From SAR86 cluster bacterium (GTDB lineage Bacteria; Pseudomonadota; Gammaproteobacteria; Magnimaribacterales; TMED112): a DNA stretch of 64,000 nucleotides. The notes beneath the pieces are model-generated. The model was not told the origin of the DNA, searched no databases, and was given only the letters and a program-made list of their open reading frames with translations. Shown piece after piece: positions 7,156-17,736 of this stretch (positions are counted from its first letter, which is position 1; each line of letters begins with the position of its first letter). The DNA lies in assembly GCA_023703555.1 (NCBI GenBank), contig CP097968.1, positions 653,451-717,450 on the forward strand, read 5' to 3'. Position numbers and translations under genes: made by a program.

Positions 7156-7857
7156 ATGCCTGAGTTTGTTCTTTTTGGTGACCAACATATTATTTCTTTA
7201 CAAGGAACAGCAGCCATAATTGTTTTATTTTGTATTGTTGGAAACTTTATCAGTGCTAAATTACAAAAAAATTTAGCAACATTAATAGGTCTTTCGTTAG
7301 TTATTTTTGAGATTATACGTCCATTTCTGTATATTTTTATCTTTGATAAACCATGGCAGACCTATCTTCCATTACACATGTGTGCATTTAGCGCTTTTTT
7401 GATTGGAATCTTCTTATTAAGTAAAAAGAAAAATCAAATGTTTTTTGAACTACCGTTTTACTGGGGAGTTGGTGGTGCAACAATGGCTTTGGCAACACCT
7501 GATCTGACTTTAGCTTGGCCGGATGTAGAGTATTTTTTCTTTTTTTATGGGCATGGCCAGATTCTTCTAGGCGTTTTTTTTGCTTTAACAGTTTTAAAAT
7601 ATCGCCCACAATTAAAAAACTTTGGGAAAATGGCTGGCATTACAATCTTACTTCTAATACCTATTTATGTTGTTAATTTAGTTATTGGTGGAGATGCAAA
7701 CTACTGGTACTTAATGAATACACCTGAAGGAGACTCGCTTGCGAATTTTATGCCCAGCCCGCCTTTTCATATGCTTGGAATTGCTCCTCTTGCGCTGGTT
7801 GTCTTTTTTGTTTGTTATATCCCATTTCTGCTATGGGATAAATTCAAAAAGGCATGA
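7156..7857 (+). CDS. Polytopic membrane protein, YwaF/TIGR02206-like (paralogue 1)
   Basis: 233 aa with about 7 hydrophobic segments. It has LPLHMCAFS, YGHGQILLGV and ANYWYL motifs, and the strong SD GGGGGAG. The family name is from memory and needs an HMM check. Confidence 0.7.
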   Translation: MPEFVLFGDQHIISLQGTAAIIVLFCIVGNFISAKLQKNLATLIGLSLVIFEIIRPFLYIFIFDKPWQTYLPLHMCAFSAFLIGIFLLSKKKNQMFFELPFYWGVGGATMALATPDLTLAWPDVEYFFFFYGHGQILLGVFFALTVLKYRPQLKNFGKMAGITILLLIPIYVVNLVIGGDANYWYLMNTPEGDSLANFMPSPPFHMLGIAPLALVVFFVCYIPFLLWDKFKKA

Positions 7858-9533
7858 CAACTTTTGACTTCATCGTAGTAGGTGGCGGTTCAGCTGGTTG
7901 CGTACTTGCTAATAGGCTTTCTGAATTGTCTGATAGCTCTGTCTGCTTAATTGAGTCAGGACCCAAAGACTCTAACCCTCTGATACATGTACCAATAATG
8001 TATGCATTCTTGGGGGGTTCAGACCTTACTTACTCCTATGAATCAATACCACAAAAAGCGTTTAATAATAAAGTCATTGCTGAGGGAAATGCAAAAATTT
8101 CTGATACTTTTGGAAAAACATATTCAGTTCCTCAAGGCTATGAAGAGAAGAGAAAAAGCTTCCAACCAAGAGGAAAGGTTTTGGGTGGCTCTAGTTCGGT
8201 AAATGGGATGCTTTATGTCAGAGGGCATAGGTATGACTATGATCATTGGGCGGAATTGGGAAATTTGGGGTGGTCATATACGGATGTGCTTCCATATTTT
8301 ATAAAATCTGAAACAAACGAATCTATAAATGATGAATTTCATGGTGACGCTGGACCATTAAATGTAACAGCACTTAAACATGATAATCCTTTTACAAGAT
8401 ATTTTGTTGAGGCTAGCCGACAGCATCATACTTACAATCAAGATTTTAATGGAAAAGATCAAGAAGGAGTAGGAGTTTATCAGGTGACCCAAAAAAATGG
8501 TCAGAGATGTAGTGCTGCTGTTGCCTACTTAAACCCTGCAAAAGAAAGAAAAAATCTCACAGTATTAACCGATACAATTGTGGACAAGATTGTTTTTGAA
8601 AATTTAGAAGCAAAAAAAATAATTTGCATTACCAATGGAAAACGGGTTGAACTAAGTGCAAAAAAAGAGATTATTTTGTCTGGTGGAGCTTATGGTTCAC
8701 CAACAATATTAATGAGATCTGGAATTGGTGATGGAGATTATCTCCAATCAATTGGAGTCGAATGCATCCACGATCTAAAAGGTGTCGGACAAAATTTACA
8801 GGATCATATTGATTATATTACTTGCCATAGGGCGGATAGTTGGAGCCTTTTTGGAAATTTTCTAAGGGATTTACGATTTAGCTTAAGGGCACCTATTGAG
8901 CTTTTGAAGTATCTTTTATTTAGGAGTGGTATGCTCACTTCTCCACTAGCAGAGGGAGCAGGTTTTATTAAGAGTTCTAATGAGCAGGAGATTCCTGACA
9001 TTCAGCTTCATTTTTGCGTCGGCATGGTACAAGATCATGGTCGAAAAAAATCATGGGGCAATGGCTTTAGCTGCCACATGTGCCTTCTTAGACCTGAATC
9101 TCGAGGTACAGTGAAAATTAAAGATACAAGTCCCCTTACCGATCCCATAATAGACCCAAACTATTTATCAGTAGAATCTGATATGAAGACAATGGTTTTA
9201 GGCTACAAAAAAATGATGGAAATCATGAACACTTCCCCGCTCGACCAGTATAGTGAGGTTATTGATGAGGTTGATATTAACGATGATAGAGCAATTGAGA
9301 ATGCAATTAGAGAACGATCAGACACAATCTACCATCCTGTAGGAACATGCAAAATGGGCAATGATAATATGGCTGTTGTAGATAGCTCATTAAAAGTCCA
9401 TGGCATCAAAGGATTAAGAGTTGTTGATGCATCAATTATGCCGACACTTATTGGTGGGAACACAAATGCTCCGAGCATTATGATTGGCGAGAAAGCAGCT
9501 GATATGATTAAAGAGGAGTGGCGAAATGGCTGA
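7854..9533 (+). CDS. GMC-family FAD oxidoreductase (choline/alcohol dehydrogenase-like)
   Basis: 559 aa. It has the N-terminal FAD fold DFIVVGGGSAGCVLANRLSE, the GMC signature GKVLGGSSSVNGMLYVRG, and the C-terminal active-site region YHPVGTCKMG...VVDASIMP. ATGA start/stop overlap with the upstream gene. Confidence 0.92.
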   Translation: MTTFDFIVVGGGSAGCVLANRLSELSDSSVCLIESGPKDSNPLIHVPIMYAFLGGSDLTYSYESIPQKAFNNKVIAEGNAKISDTFGKTYSVPQGYEEKRKSFQPRGKVLGGSSSVNGMLYVRGHRYDYDHWAELGNLGWSYTDVLPYFIKSETNESINDEFHGDAGPLNVTALKHDNPFTRYFVEASRQHHTYNQDFNGKDQEGVGVYQVTQKNGQRCSAAVAYLNPAKERKNLTVLTDTIVDKIVFENLEAKKIICITNGKRVELSAKKEIILSGGAYGSPTILMRSGIGDGDYLQSIGVECIHDLKGVGQNLQDHIDYITCHRADSWSLFGNFLRDLRFSLRAPIELLKYLLFRSGMLTSPLAEGAGFIKSSNEQEIPDIQLHFCVGMVQDHGRKKSWGNGFSCHMCLLRPESRGTVKIKDTSPLTDPIIDPNYLSVESDMKTMVLGYKKMMEIMNTSPLDQYSEVIDEVDINDDRAIENAIRERSDTIYHPVGTCKMGNDNMAVVDSSLKVHGIKGLRVVDASIMPTLIGGNTNAPSIMIGEKAADMIKEEWRNG

Positions 9534-10215
9534 GGCATTTAATTTACTAGCTCCATCACATATAACAACATTCATTATTTCTCTTTTAATAATCGTCTTT
9601 TTACCAAGAATTTTTATTGGATCATCACCAAAAACTATAAAAGTTCTCCGTTATGTTCTTGCTTTTTTAATGATTAGTCATGAACTAGTTGATCCTTTTA
9701 TAAAAGTGAATATTAGAGATTTTGCTTGGGTTGATGCGCTACCACTGCATATGTGTGCTTTTTCAACTTGGTGTATATCAATTTATTTGCTGGGTGGTCC
9801 AAGAATATTTTTTAACTTTGCTTATTTTTGGGGCATTGTTGGGGCTGGCATGTCTCTGCTCACTCCTGATACAACTCTAGGCTTTCCATCCTTTGAATAC
9901 CTAAACCACATGTATGGTCACCTTTTAATTATTCTTGGTGTCAACATAGGAATGGTGCTTATGAATGAAAGACCACATCTTAAAGACTTTTTAAATGTCA
10001 TGACTTTCACTACAGCAGCCTTCCTGCCGGCAATGTATGGTGTAAATTTTTTGCTGGATGCAAATTATTGGTATATTCTCGAAAAACCAGTAGGTGATAA
10101 TATCACTGCTTTGATGCCAGATGCTCCATATCACATTTTGGCCTTAATACCTGTTGCTTGGCTCTTAACTTTTGCGATCTATGTGCCTTTCTTACTGAAG
10201 GACAAAAATGCATAA
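9526..10215 (+). CDS. Polytopic membrane protein, YwaF/TIGR02206-like (paralogue 2)
   Basis: 229 aa. It shares LPLHMCAFS, FYWG/YFWG, TPD, YGH, ANYWY, MP..P.H and YVPFLL with the 7156-7857 product in the same order. It overlaps the GMC gene by 8 nt. Confidence 0.7.
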   Translation: MAEAFNLLAPSHITTFIISLLIIVFLPRIFIGSSPKTIKVLRYVLAFLMISHELVDPFIKVNIRDFAWVDALPLHMCAFSTWCISIYLLGGPRIFFNFAYFWGIVGAGMSLLTPDTTLGFPSFEYLNHMYGHLLIILGVNIGMVLMNERPHLKDFLNVMTFTTAAFLPAMYGVNFLLDANYWYILEKPVGDNITALMPDAPYHILALIPVAWLLTFAIYVPFLLKDKNA

Positions 10216-10903
10216 GGGTTTTGATTTCTATAAATACAAAGTAGTTGGCTCAACTAACGATGTTTGCTTTGAGAAAATTAAAAATAAGAAGTCCAAAGTT
10301 GTTATTTTTGCTGAAGAACAAACAGCTGGCCGTGGAAGAAATAATAAAAAGTGGCAAAGCCCGAAGGGAAACATTTCTTATTCATTTGGTTTTAAAAATA
10401 AACAAACTCTTAAAGCCCTCTCACTTCAAGCTGGACTTTGTGTTAGAGATTGCCTCAAAGAGATCTACAGTGTTGATGTAAAGCTTAAGTGGCCAAACGA
10501 TCTTATATTTAAATCAAAAAAAATAGGCGGTATTCTCATTGAATCAAAAACTTTTGGAATGCAAAAACATACTGTTATAGGAGTAGGGATAAACCTTAAG
10601 ATTAAATCTGAAGAATCTCACTGGGGCGATATAAATAAAAAACAAGAATATAAAAAGATAGAGAGTTTTATTATATTGCTTACCAATCGGCTCATAAATA
10701 TTGCAGATGGTAAGTTTAATGTGGGCTGGACGAACGATTGGCTTAATAATTGCGTTCATATGAATAAAGATGTACAAATCGAGAATACTAAGGAGAAACT
10801 TAAGTTTATTGGGCTTGGTGAAAACGGAGAGCTTATAGGGCTAAAAAATGGAGTTCATCATAAAATTTTTGAAAGCTCAATAAAAGTAGAGGGTCTTTAT
10901 TGA
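10208..10903 (+). CDS. birA: Biotin--[acetyl-CoA-carboxylase] ligase (group I, no N-terminal HTH)
   Basis: 231 aa with the GRGRNNKKWQSPKGN motif (GRGRxxxxW), KWPNDL and GGILIE. It overlaps the upstream gene by 8 nt. Confidence 0.88.
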   Translation: MHKGFDFYKYKVVGSTNDVCFEKIKNKKSKVVIFAEEQTAGRGRNNKKWQSPKGNISYSFGFKNKQTLKALSLQAGLCVRDCLKEIYSVDVKLKWPNDLIFKSKKIGGILIESKTFGMQKHTVIGVGINLKIKSEESHWGDINKKQEYKKIESFIILLTNRLINIADGKFNVGWTNDWLNNCVHMNKDVQIENTKEKLKFIGLGENGELIGLKNGVHHKIFESSIKVEGLY

Positions 10904-11009
10904 AGATTCGTGCTATTTTTAAGCGAAAGGCATCGTGGAAATTAATCAAAAAAAATAAATGCTTGTTGCGGAATGATATTATTTCTTATGCAAAAAGATA
11001 GAGGTAAAA

Positions 11010-12275
11010 ATGTTTAATTTAAGGAACACTAGCTTTATATTATTTGTAACATTGTTAAATGTTATTAACTTTGTAGATCGCCAATTTATTTCGAGTTTTG
11101 CGCCATTTTTGAAGAGAGATTTAGGTCTTTCAGATACCGAAATCGGCCTTTTAACAGGAATTGTTTTTATATTTTTTTATACCGTGGCTGGCTTGTTTGT
11201 GGGCACACTTGCTGACCGATATAACCGAACCAGAATTATTGGTATAGGAGTGATCTTATGGAGTGCTTTCACTGCAATTTCAGGTTTTGCCAAAAACTTT
11301 TTTCAGCTTGCTGCCCCGAGGTTATTTATTGGGATTGGAGAATCAACAATAACCCCGACAACTATGTCGATTTTATCTGATAGGTTTAATCAAGAAAGGC
11401 TAGGCTTTGCCGCAGGCTTCTATTATCTTGGAGTCCCAGTTGGAGTAGGTGCAAGCTTATTAATTGCTGGATATATTGAACCAATAATTGGGTGGAGAGG
11501 ATGTTTTTATCTTCTTGGGTTCTTAGGCCTAATCCTTGGTTTTTTAATGCTTCTTGTCAAAGACTCTCCAAGAAAAAATATTTCTGTAAGACCAGATTCA
11601 CAATCATTTTCTGAGATAATCTCTCTTTTATATAAAGCCATAACAACTTCTAAGTCCCTAGTTTTTACAATTTTAGCAGGCACTCTTTATCATGTTGTGC
11701 TAGGTGCTGCACAATTTGAAGTAATTTGGGCAGTAGCTGATAAAGGTTTTAATCCCAATACATTCGGCCAAATAAATGGGTGGATATTTGTAGTATTTGG
11801 AGTTCTAGGCAGTCTTTTTGGTGGGATTGCAAGTGATTGGGCACTAAAAAATTACGGCCTTCCCAGAACCTGGTTTCTGTTAATATTAACCATTATCCTC
11901 ATGCCTTTGGCTTTTACAAGATATCTTGATACGGATAATATTCTATTTTGGGTAGGGATTTGCTCGTCAGCATTTAGCTTAGGCTGTTTTTATGGGCCAA
12001 TATTTGCAGTCATCCAAGAGCTTGTTCCCTCATCAATTAAAGGAACAGTGGTGGCGTTTAACCTTCTCTGTCTGAATATGTTAGGAATTGCTTCTGGATC
12101 AATTCTATTTGGAATAATTGCTGATTATGCTGTGGCTCAGGGTTATGAGAATCCATACACAAATCTGCTAGTAGGTTTTTCAGTATTATTTCTGATTTTT
12201 GGGCCAATACTTTATTTCTTAGCAGGTCGATATTACGAATCTGATCGGAAGAAATTGCAAAAAGAATTTAGTTGA
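11010..12275 (+). CDS. MFS transporter
   Basis: 421 aa with about 12 TM segments. It has the MFS loop motif GTLADRYNRTRI between TM2 and TM3. Confidence 0.85.
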   Translation: MFNLRNTSFILFVTLLNVINFVDRQFISSFAPFLKRDLGLSDTEIGLLTGIVFIFFYTVAGLFVGTLADRYNRTRIIGIGVILWSAFTAISGFAKNFFQLAAPRLFIGIGESTITPTTMSILSDRFNQERLGFAAGFYYLGVPVGVGASLLIAGYIEPIIGWRGCFYLLGFLGLILGFLMLLVKDSPRKNISVRPDSQSFSEIISLLYKAITTSKSLVFTILAGTLYHVVLGAAQFEVIWAVADKGFNPNTFGQINGWIFVVFGVLGSLFGGIASDWALKNYGLPRTWFLLILTIILMPLAFTRYLDTDNILFWVGICSSAFSLGCFYGPIFAVIQELVPSSIKGTVVAFNLLCLNMLGIASGSILFGIIADYAVAQGYENPYTNLLVGFSVLFLIFGPILYFLAGRYYESDRKKLQKEFS

Positions 12276-14337
12276 GTTCGTTAAGGATAAACTTTTTCAT
12301 TACTGGAAATATCACCTTCATATCCTCATCTCTACCATAAGTATGCCCAAGCCTTGTCATCGTAAAAGATTGATAATCCTTTCCCGCATTTTCAAGTGCA
12401 GATTTCATGTCTTTTGTATGTATTATTGGAACAATTATATCTTGTCGGCCATGCCACATTAATATTCTTGTTTTCATTTTTTCAGCATTGAAAACAGGCG
12501 AAATATCTGTTAATTCTTGGTCGTCATTTCCTAAGTACATTTCCATGATTTTGTCATGGTCTTCTCTTTGTGTATAAACACTATCATCGCCACCATATCG
12601 CCAATATTTAAGGTTGTAAACTCCCATCATGCCTACAGAGCACTCATAAAGGTCTGGGTATTTATATGACATTATTAAGGCGGCTGAACCGCCATAGCTT
12701 GCTCCAACTACACAAGTATTTTTGCTTTCAAGACCAAGTTCTTTCTGGGTTGCAATAGTTGCTGTTGCTATATCATCCATCAACTTTTCACCCCATTCAC
12801 CATAACCTTTATTCATAAAATTAGTTCCATATCCACCTGATCCCCTAAAGTTTACTTTTAGAACTGCTATACCGTTTGCTGCCAAATATTGCTCGAAAGG
12901 TTCAAATTCATCATAATCCCTTGGCCCAAACGGCCCACCATGAACATAAACTGCTAGTTTTTTTATTTCTGTTTTGGGTTTGGTTAAATAACCATATATA
13001 TTGAGATCATCCGATGTAACAAACTTTCTAGTTTCGTTTTTATGTAGCAGTTCTTTTGGCACAAAGGATGTTGATGCAATAAACTCCAAGCTGCCTTTAT
13101 CAAGATTTAACAAAAATACATCTGAAACGGATGCAGAATCAGATACTGTAAGTAAAGCCATTGAGCCATCATCTGTCCAAGAAGAGAGATCAAGGGTTTT
13201 ATCTGTAAAACTTGTTGCAAGTGAGCCTATAATCTGTGCATCCCTCTCATTATTAAGTAGAACTATATCCTTCTCACCATCACACTCCATGGCCACAGCA
13301 TAAGGAGTACTCTTGTTCGCAGAAAAAAGCGGGTTTATGGCAGAATGACACTCCTTAGGAGTGATCCTTCTAATTTTGTTAGTCTGTAAATTTAAGATAC
13401 TCAATCCCATGGTTTCGCCATCAGGATCACCTCCTAACCAAAGATTATTTCCGTCTATTCCAATAATTCCATATTCTTCAAGGTCAACATCGATTTTCTT
13501 TGTTTCATCTGTAATGTGGTGAGCAAATACTTTATCTTTGGTGCTGGAGAACGTTAATGCAGGCTTCTTATCATTATCAAGTAAAAATATAAACGGCTGA
13601 TCACAAAAGTTATTTGTTCTATAACCTACCCTAAACTGACAAGGCACATCTGAAACATGAATATTTTCTCCAGTAGGATCAGTCCCCTTTTTGTCAAGGC
13701 TAATTCTTCTTAGATGGGCAAACCTAAAACCCCTTCGATTTTCAGAAACTGATACAAGAATGCTCTTATCATCGTACCTTGATATAAAAGTCGCAGGTTT
13801 ATATCTATCTTGAAATGAGTCATTTACTCTTGTCCTAGCTTTACCAAACGGATACAAGAAATTTCTAAATTCATTTGTTTCTAAATCAAATAATTTAAAA
13901 ATCCCAATATTAAAGAATATCTCACCTTGAATAAAGTCTATTGTTTTCCCACACAACTCAACAAGGATATGTTGGTTTGAAGCCCATGTCATTTGACAGA
14001 CAAACAACCTTCTTATTCCCAAGTCTGGTGCACCTGGTTCATCAACTGCTAATCTTGCGATTATTGAATTATTCACGCCATCAGTTAGAAAAGACTCTCT
14101 ATCAACAACTAAAATGCCCTGAGTGAACTCATCACTTTCACTTTGTAGTGCTAAATATTTTCCATCTGGAGAGAGCTGAATATTGTTAAAGTAAGATTGT
14201 TTTGTATAGAATTCTAAAGCCTGATCAGAGCCTTCTACGTATTGGAAATGTTTTTCATCAATACCTACTATATCAGCTAACCAATCATATTCAGCTGTAA
14301 CAGAAAGACTTAGAAAAATTGTTAGAAATGCTCGCAC
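12268..14337 (-). CDS. S9-family serine peptidase (prolyl oligopeptidase / dipeptidyl-peptidase type), secreted
   Basis: 689 aa with a signal peptide and a long N-terminal beta-propeller-like region. The C-terminal alpha/beta-hydrolase domain has YVHGGP, the GASYGG nucleophile elbow and LGHTYG. Confidence 0.85.
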   Translation of the reverse strand: MRAFLTIFLSLSVTAEYDWLADIVGIDEKHFQYVEGSDQALEFYTKQSYFNNIQLSPDGKYLALQSESDEFTQGILVVDRESFLTDGVNNSIIARLAVDEPGAPDLGIRRLFVCQMTWASNQHILVELCGKTIDFIQGEIFFNIGIFKLFDLETNEFRNFLYPFGKARTRVNDSFQDRYKPATFISRYDDKSILVSVSENRRGFRFAHLRRISLDKKGTDPTGENIHVSDVPCQFRVGYRTNNFCDQPFIFLLDNDKKPALTFSSTKDKVFAHHITDETKKIDVDLEEYGIIGIDGNNLWLGGDPDGETMGLSILNLQTNKIRRITPKECHSAINPLFSANKSTPYAVAMECDGEKDIVLLNNERDAQIIGSLATSFTDKTLDLSSWTDDGSMALLTVSDSASVSDVFLLNLDKGSLEFIASTSFVPKELLHKNETRKFVTSDDLNIYGYLTKPKTEIKKLAVYVHGGPFGPRDYDEFEPFEQYLAANGIAVLKVNFRGSGGYGTNFMNKGYGEWGEKLMDDIATATIATQKELGLESKNTCVVGASYGGSAALIMSYKYPDLYECSVGMMGVYNLKYWRYGGDDSVYTQREDHDKIMEMYLGNDDQELTDISPVFNAEKMKTRILMWHGRQDIIVPIIHTKDMKSALENAGKDYQSFTMTRLGHTYGRDEDMKVIFPVMKKFILNELN

Positions 14338-14376
14338 TTATATAATAATATTTATAATTTCTCACGATTCAAGTAT

Positions 14377-14453
14377 TGGTAGACCCGATTGGACTTGAAC
14401 CAACGACCTCTGCCATGTCAAGACAGCGCTCTAACCAGCTGAGCTACGGGTCT
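14377..14453 (-). tRNA. tRNA-Val (anticodon GAC)
   Basis: The rc reads AGACCCGTAGCTCAGCTGGTTAGAGCGCTGTCTTGACATGGCAGAGGTCGTTGGTTCAAGTCCAATCGGGTCTACCA. The acceptor stem is 7 bp (AGACCCG/CGGGTCT), the anticodon loop is TTGACAT, the T-loop is GGTTCAAGTCC, and CCA is encoded. Confidence 0.95.
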
Positions 14454-14495
14454 TATTTTTCGATTAATTATAAAGCTTTAATTTATTGCTTGAAA

Positions 14496-15176
14496 CTAGA
14501 CGTCAATAACAAGTAGCTCTGAGTCTTCAGTTGAATTAATCTCTAAGTCTTTAATATCGATAATCTCAAGAGCATCACCTTTAGATAATTTAACACCGTT
14601 AACACTAAAACTGCCACTTGATGCTAGTAAATACCCAGACCTTTCAAGTCGATGAGTTAATGTTTTGTTAGCATGAACTTTTCCTGCGTGAATAGTAGCA
14701 TCGGCATGTATGAACAAGGGTGCATTCTCATTATTTCCAACAAGAAGGTCTAAATGGTCATCAACATAATTTTTAGGAAATTCTTTCGCATCCCATCTAG
14801 GCTGAACATTCAATTTATTTGGCTTAATCCAGATTTGATACAAACTGGTAGTTTCATCTTCATCATTAAATTCGGAATGTCTTACTCCTGAACCTGCACT
14901 CATAACTTGAACATCTCCTGCTCGAGTCTTGCCTTTATTTCCAAGACTATCCTCATGTGAGATTGCTCCTTGGCGTACGTAAGTAATTATTTCCATATTA
15001 TCGTGACCATGAGTAGCAAAACCTTTTTTAGCTGCAATTAAATCATCATTAATAACCACTAAATTTCCAAATCCCAGTCTATTTGGATCTTGGTATGAAC
15101 CAAAACTAAAATGATGCCGCGCTTCTAGCCATCCGTGATTGACATGACCTAGTTGCTCATAGGAGATTTTGTTCAT
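14496..15176 (-). CDS. Pirin-family protein (YhhW-like cupin)
   Basis: 226 aa. HGHDNMEIITYVRQGAISHEDSLGN and VQVMSAGSGVRHSEFN match the pirin metal-binding blocks. Confidence 0.88.
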   Translation of the reverse strand: MNKISYEQLGHVNHGWLEARHHFSFGSYQDPNRLGFGNLVVINDDLIAAKKGFATHGHDNMEIITYVRQGAISHEDSLGNKGKTRAGDVQVMSAGSGVRHSEFNDEDETTSLYQIWIKPNKLNVQPRWDAKEFPKNYVDDHLDLLVGNNENAPLFIHADATIHAGKVHANKTLTHRLERSGYLLASSGSFSVNGVKLSKGDALEIIDIKDLEINSTEDSELLVIDV

Positions 15177-15192
15177 TACAACTTTAATATAA

Positions 15193-17646
15193 TTATTCTT
15201 CTAGAAATTTCGAGAGTTTCCAGTTGATGAAACCAAAATGCTTTTTTGTCTCAGCATCTCTTACTGGAGAACGAGTAAACTTTTGAATATTCATAATACT
15301 GTCAAAGACAGCTGCTTTGGCTAATTCATCGTATCTGCTATCGTCCGAAAAGACCTCCAAAAGACCGTCAACATAAAGTGATTGAAGATTCCTTTTGTAA
15401 GTATCAGGTGTTTCTCCTTTAACGAAAATTCCATTAAATAAATCGTCTAAAACTTCGCCCGGCAGATACTCATTGCCATACTCCGATGAATCAACAAGTC
15501 TTGTCATAACAGTAGGATTTAGTATGTGTGCTAATACTCTTCCTTGCATGCCTATGACCATATCATGAAGTTGAGGATCCTCATTTGAGTCCCTTCTATA
15601 AGACCCAGCTGCTCTTTTCTCTCTCTGTAGGTTTCTTAAGATTTCAGGGTCAAAATCCCAAGCACCATTGGCAAGAAATTTTGTGTTAATAAGTTCCATA
15701 GCTTCTTTTTGTTTCTCATAAGGCACAGGGTCATATGCATCAAATTCATCCTGGCCATTAACCAACTTAGTAACATACACACCTCCTATCTGACGAGAAA
15801 CTGCATCCATAAACCTGCCTTTTTCTCTCACAAGGCTGTAAAAAGTTGATGTCATATCTTGTTTGGTCTCGCCCTCATCTGAATAAATATCTGGAAGTTC
15901 AGATATTTTTTGATCCAAGACTATAAATCTATCCGCAGTATATGTAACAACATCATTCGACATATCATATCTTTTTGCCCTAGGGTCAATATTTGTTCCA
16001 GGGGAACCCATGGCATCTTCATCTGGTCCATAAACGTATGGATCTTGCACTGATAATCTCAAAAGCTGCTCTCTTTCAACATCACTCAAGTTTGGTTTAT
16101 AAGCAAACTCGATGGCCCACTTATCGTATTCGCCTGGTTCTATTGGGAAGTACATTCCTTGTTCTAATCCTGGCGGAGCAATATTGATTGGGTCATAATC
16201 CATTATTGAAGAAATGGTTGCGTTGCCAGTAACTGACTTATCATGCACCTCTTTTGGGCCAAATAGGTAACTTGCACTAAAGTTATGTCTTAAACCTATC
16301 GTATGCCCTACTTCGTGAATTGTTAAGGCTATAATCCATTGCTCTAAAGGGTCATTTTCCGGAGTCCATCCCCAAAGCTTCCTTAGGTTATACCCTCTTT
16401 TGATAGCAGCAAATGTTTGTACAATGTCCGCGGCAATAAGTTCACCTGTCCGTGGATTGGCTATGCTAGGACCATAACCAGAATAACTAGGTTCTGGAAA
16501 TGATGCCCAACGAACAACGTTGTATTGCACGTCACCCGCATCCCATTCTGCATCATCAGCTTGTATTTTGGCAACGATTGCATTTTTAAAGCCAGCTCTT
16601 TCGAAAGCTAGATTCCATGCTTCAATTCCCTTGACAACCATGGGTTTAATCTCCTCTGGTGTAGATTTTTCAACCCAAAAAACTATAGGCTCAACTGGTT
16701 CTGAAATTTCTGCATCTGGATCTTTCTTTACTAAACGCCATTTGTTAACCAGATCTCTTGCCGGATAGTTATCGTAAGTTGACATATCGGTGACCCTTTG
16801 TGAGAAATATCCAACCCTTTGGTCTGATACTCTAGGCTCAAAATTGTCATCTGGCATTTCGACAAACAAATGCCTTCCTGTGACAGATGCAAACCTTGGA
16901 TCAGCGACTGCATAAACAGTTCTATTCCCAGTAGACCCAAAGTTATTGAATACATACGAAACCTCTACTGCCGTATTTTTTGCATAATTCCTTATCTGGT
17001 TGATAGTTGTTTTATCTTCATCTAATCTTCCAAGATTCAGAGCAACAAACTCCCTGAACTCTGGTGGGATATTTGGAGAAATATTGGTCAGTATTTCTGA
17101 TTTAAAAAGGTCAGTGACTTCGATAATCAATCTGTTATCGCCTTCAGCTTCAATATCAAATTTTTCTAAGAAGGCTTCAATGATATTTGTTAGATCTGCC
17201 TTAGATATATTATTTTCAGTTTGATTCTCAAAATAAGTATTTTTCTTAAAAAGCCCTATTCCATCCTCATGTCTTCTAAATTCGAGGATTGAGCCTCTAC
17301 CTATTCTTCCACCTTCAGTTCCAGAAGCCTGTGGACCATTCATGACATAAGCAAAGTAAATTAATTCTTGATCAAGATCGTCGTAGTTAAGTTCTAGAAA
17401 GTATTCATTTTCTTCTAAATCTTTATGTATTGTTAAGAATCCTTCACTGGTTTCGAATTCTGACTCAGCAAAAAAGCTTTCGATGCCTAAAGCTTCTTCA
17501 TCGCTCTCCTTAAGCTCATCCAGCAAAAATTCCAAGGCTTCGTCAGGAAGTTCTCTGAGATCTTCTGGTGTAAAATCTTCAGGAACTTTTGGTAATGAAA
17601 ATAGGGTTAAACTTGATATTAAAATTAGATTTATTAAATACTTCAT
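15193..17646 (-). CDS. Secreted zinc-dependent metalloprotease (HEXXH; DUF5117/DUF4953-type)
   Basis: 817 aa with a signal peptide. It has the zinc motif TIHEVGHTIGLRHNF followed by SIMDY. Confidence 0.85.
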   Translation of the reverse strand: MKYLINLILISSLTLFSLPKVPEDFTPEDLRELPDEALEFLLDELKESDEEALGIESFFAESEFETSEGFLTIHKDLEENEYFLELNYDDLDQELIYFAYVMNGPQASGTEGGRIGRGSILEFRRHEDGIGLFKKNTYFENQTENNISKADLTNIIEAFLEKFDIEAEGDNRLIIEVTDLFKSEILTNISPNIPPEFREFVALNLGRLDEDKTTINQIRNYAKNTAVEVSYVFNNFGSTGNRTVYAVADPRFASVTGRHLFVEMPDDNFEPRVSDQRVGYFSQRVTDMSTYDNYPARDLVNKWRLVKKDPDAEISEPVEPIVFWVEKSTPEEIKPMVVKGIEAWNLAFERAGFKNAIVAKIQADDAEWDAGDVQYNVVRWASFPEPSYSGYGPSIANPRTGELIAADIVQTFAAIKRGYNLRKLWGWTPENDPLEQWIIALTIHEVGHTIGLRHNFSASYLFGPKEVHDKSVTGNATISSIMDYDPINIAPPGLEQGMYFPIEPGEYDKWAIEFAYKPNLSDVEREQLLRLSVQDPYVYGPDEDAMGSPGTNIDPRAKRYDMSNDVVTYTADRFIVLDQKISELPDIYSDEGETKQDMTSTFYSLVREKGRFMDAVSRQIGGVYVTKLVNGQDEFDAYDPVPYEKQKEAMELINTKFLANGAWDFDPEILRNLQREKRAAGSYRRDSNEDPQLHDMVIGMQGRVLAHILNPTVMTRLVDSSEYGNEYLPGEVLDDLFNGIFVKGETPDTYKRNLQSLYVDGLLEVFSDDSRYDELAKAAVFDSIMNIQKFTRSPVRDAETKKHFGFINWKLSKFLEE

Positions 17647-17736
17647 GATTTGTCTTTAATTTGTTTTATTTGCCCCTAGTTAATGATGATTAATATACTA
17701 TATTCAATATTATAAGGACACAAACTCTATTAGAAA

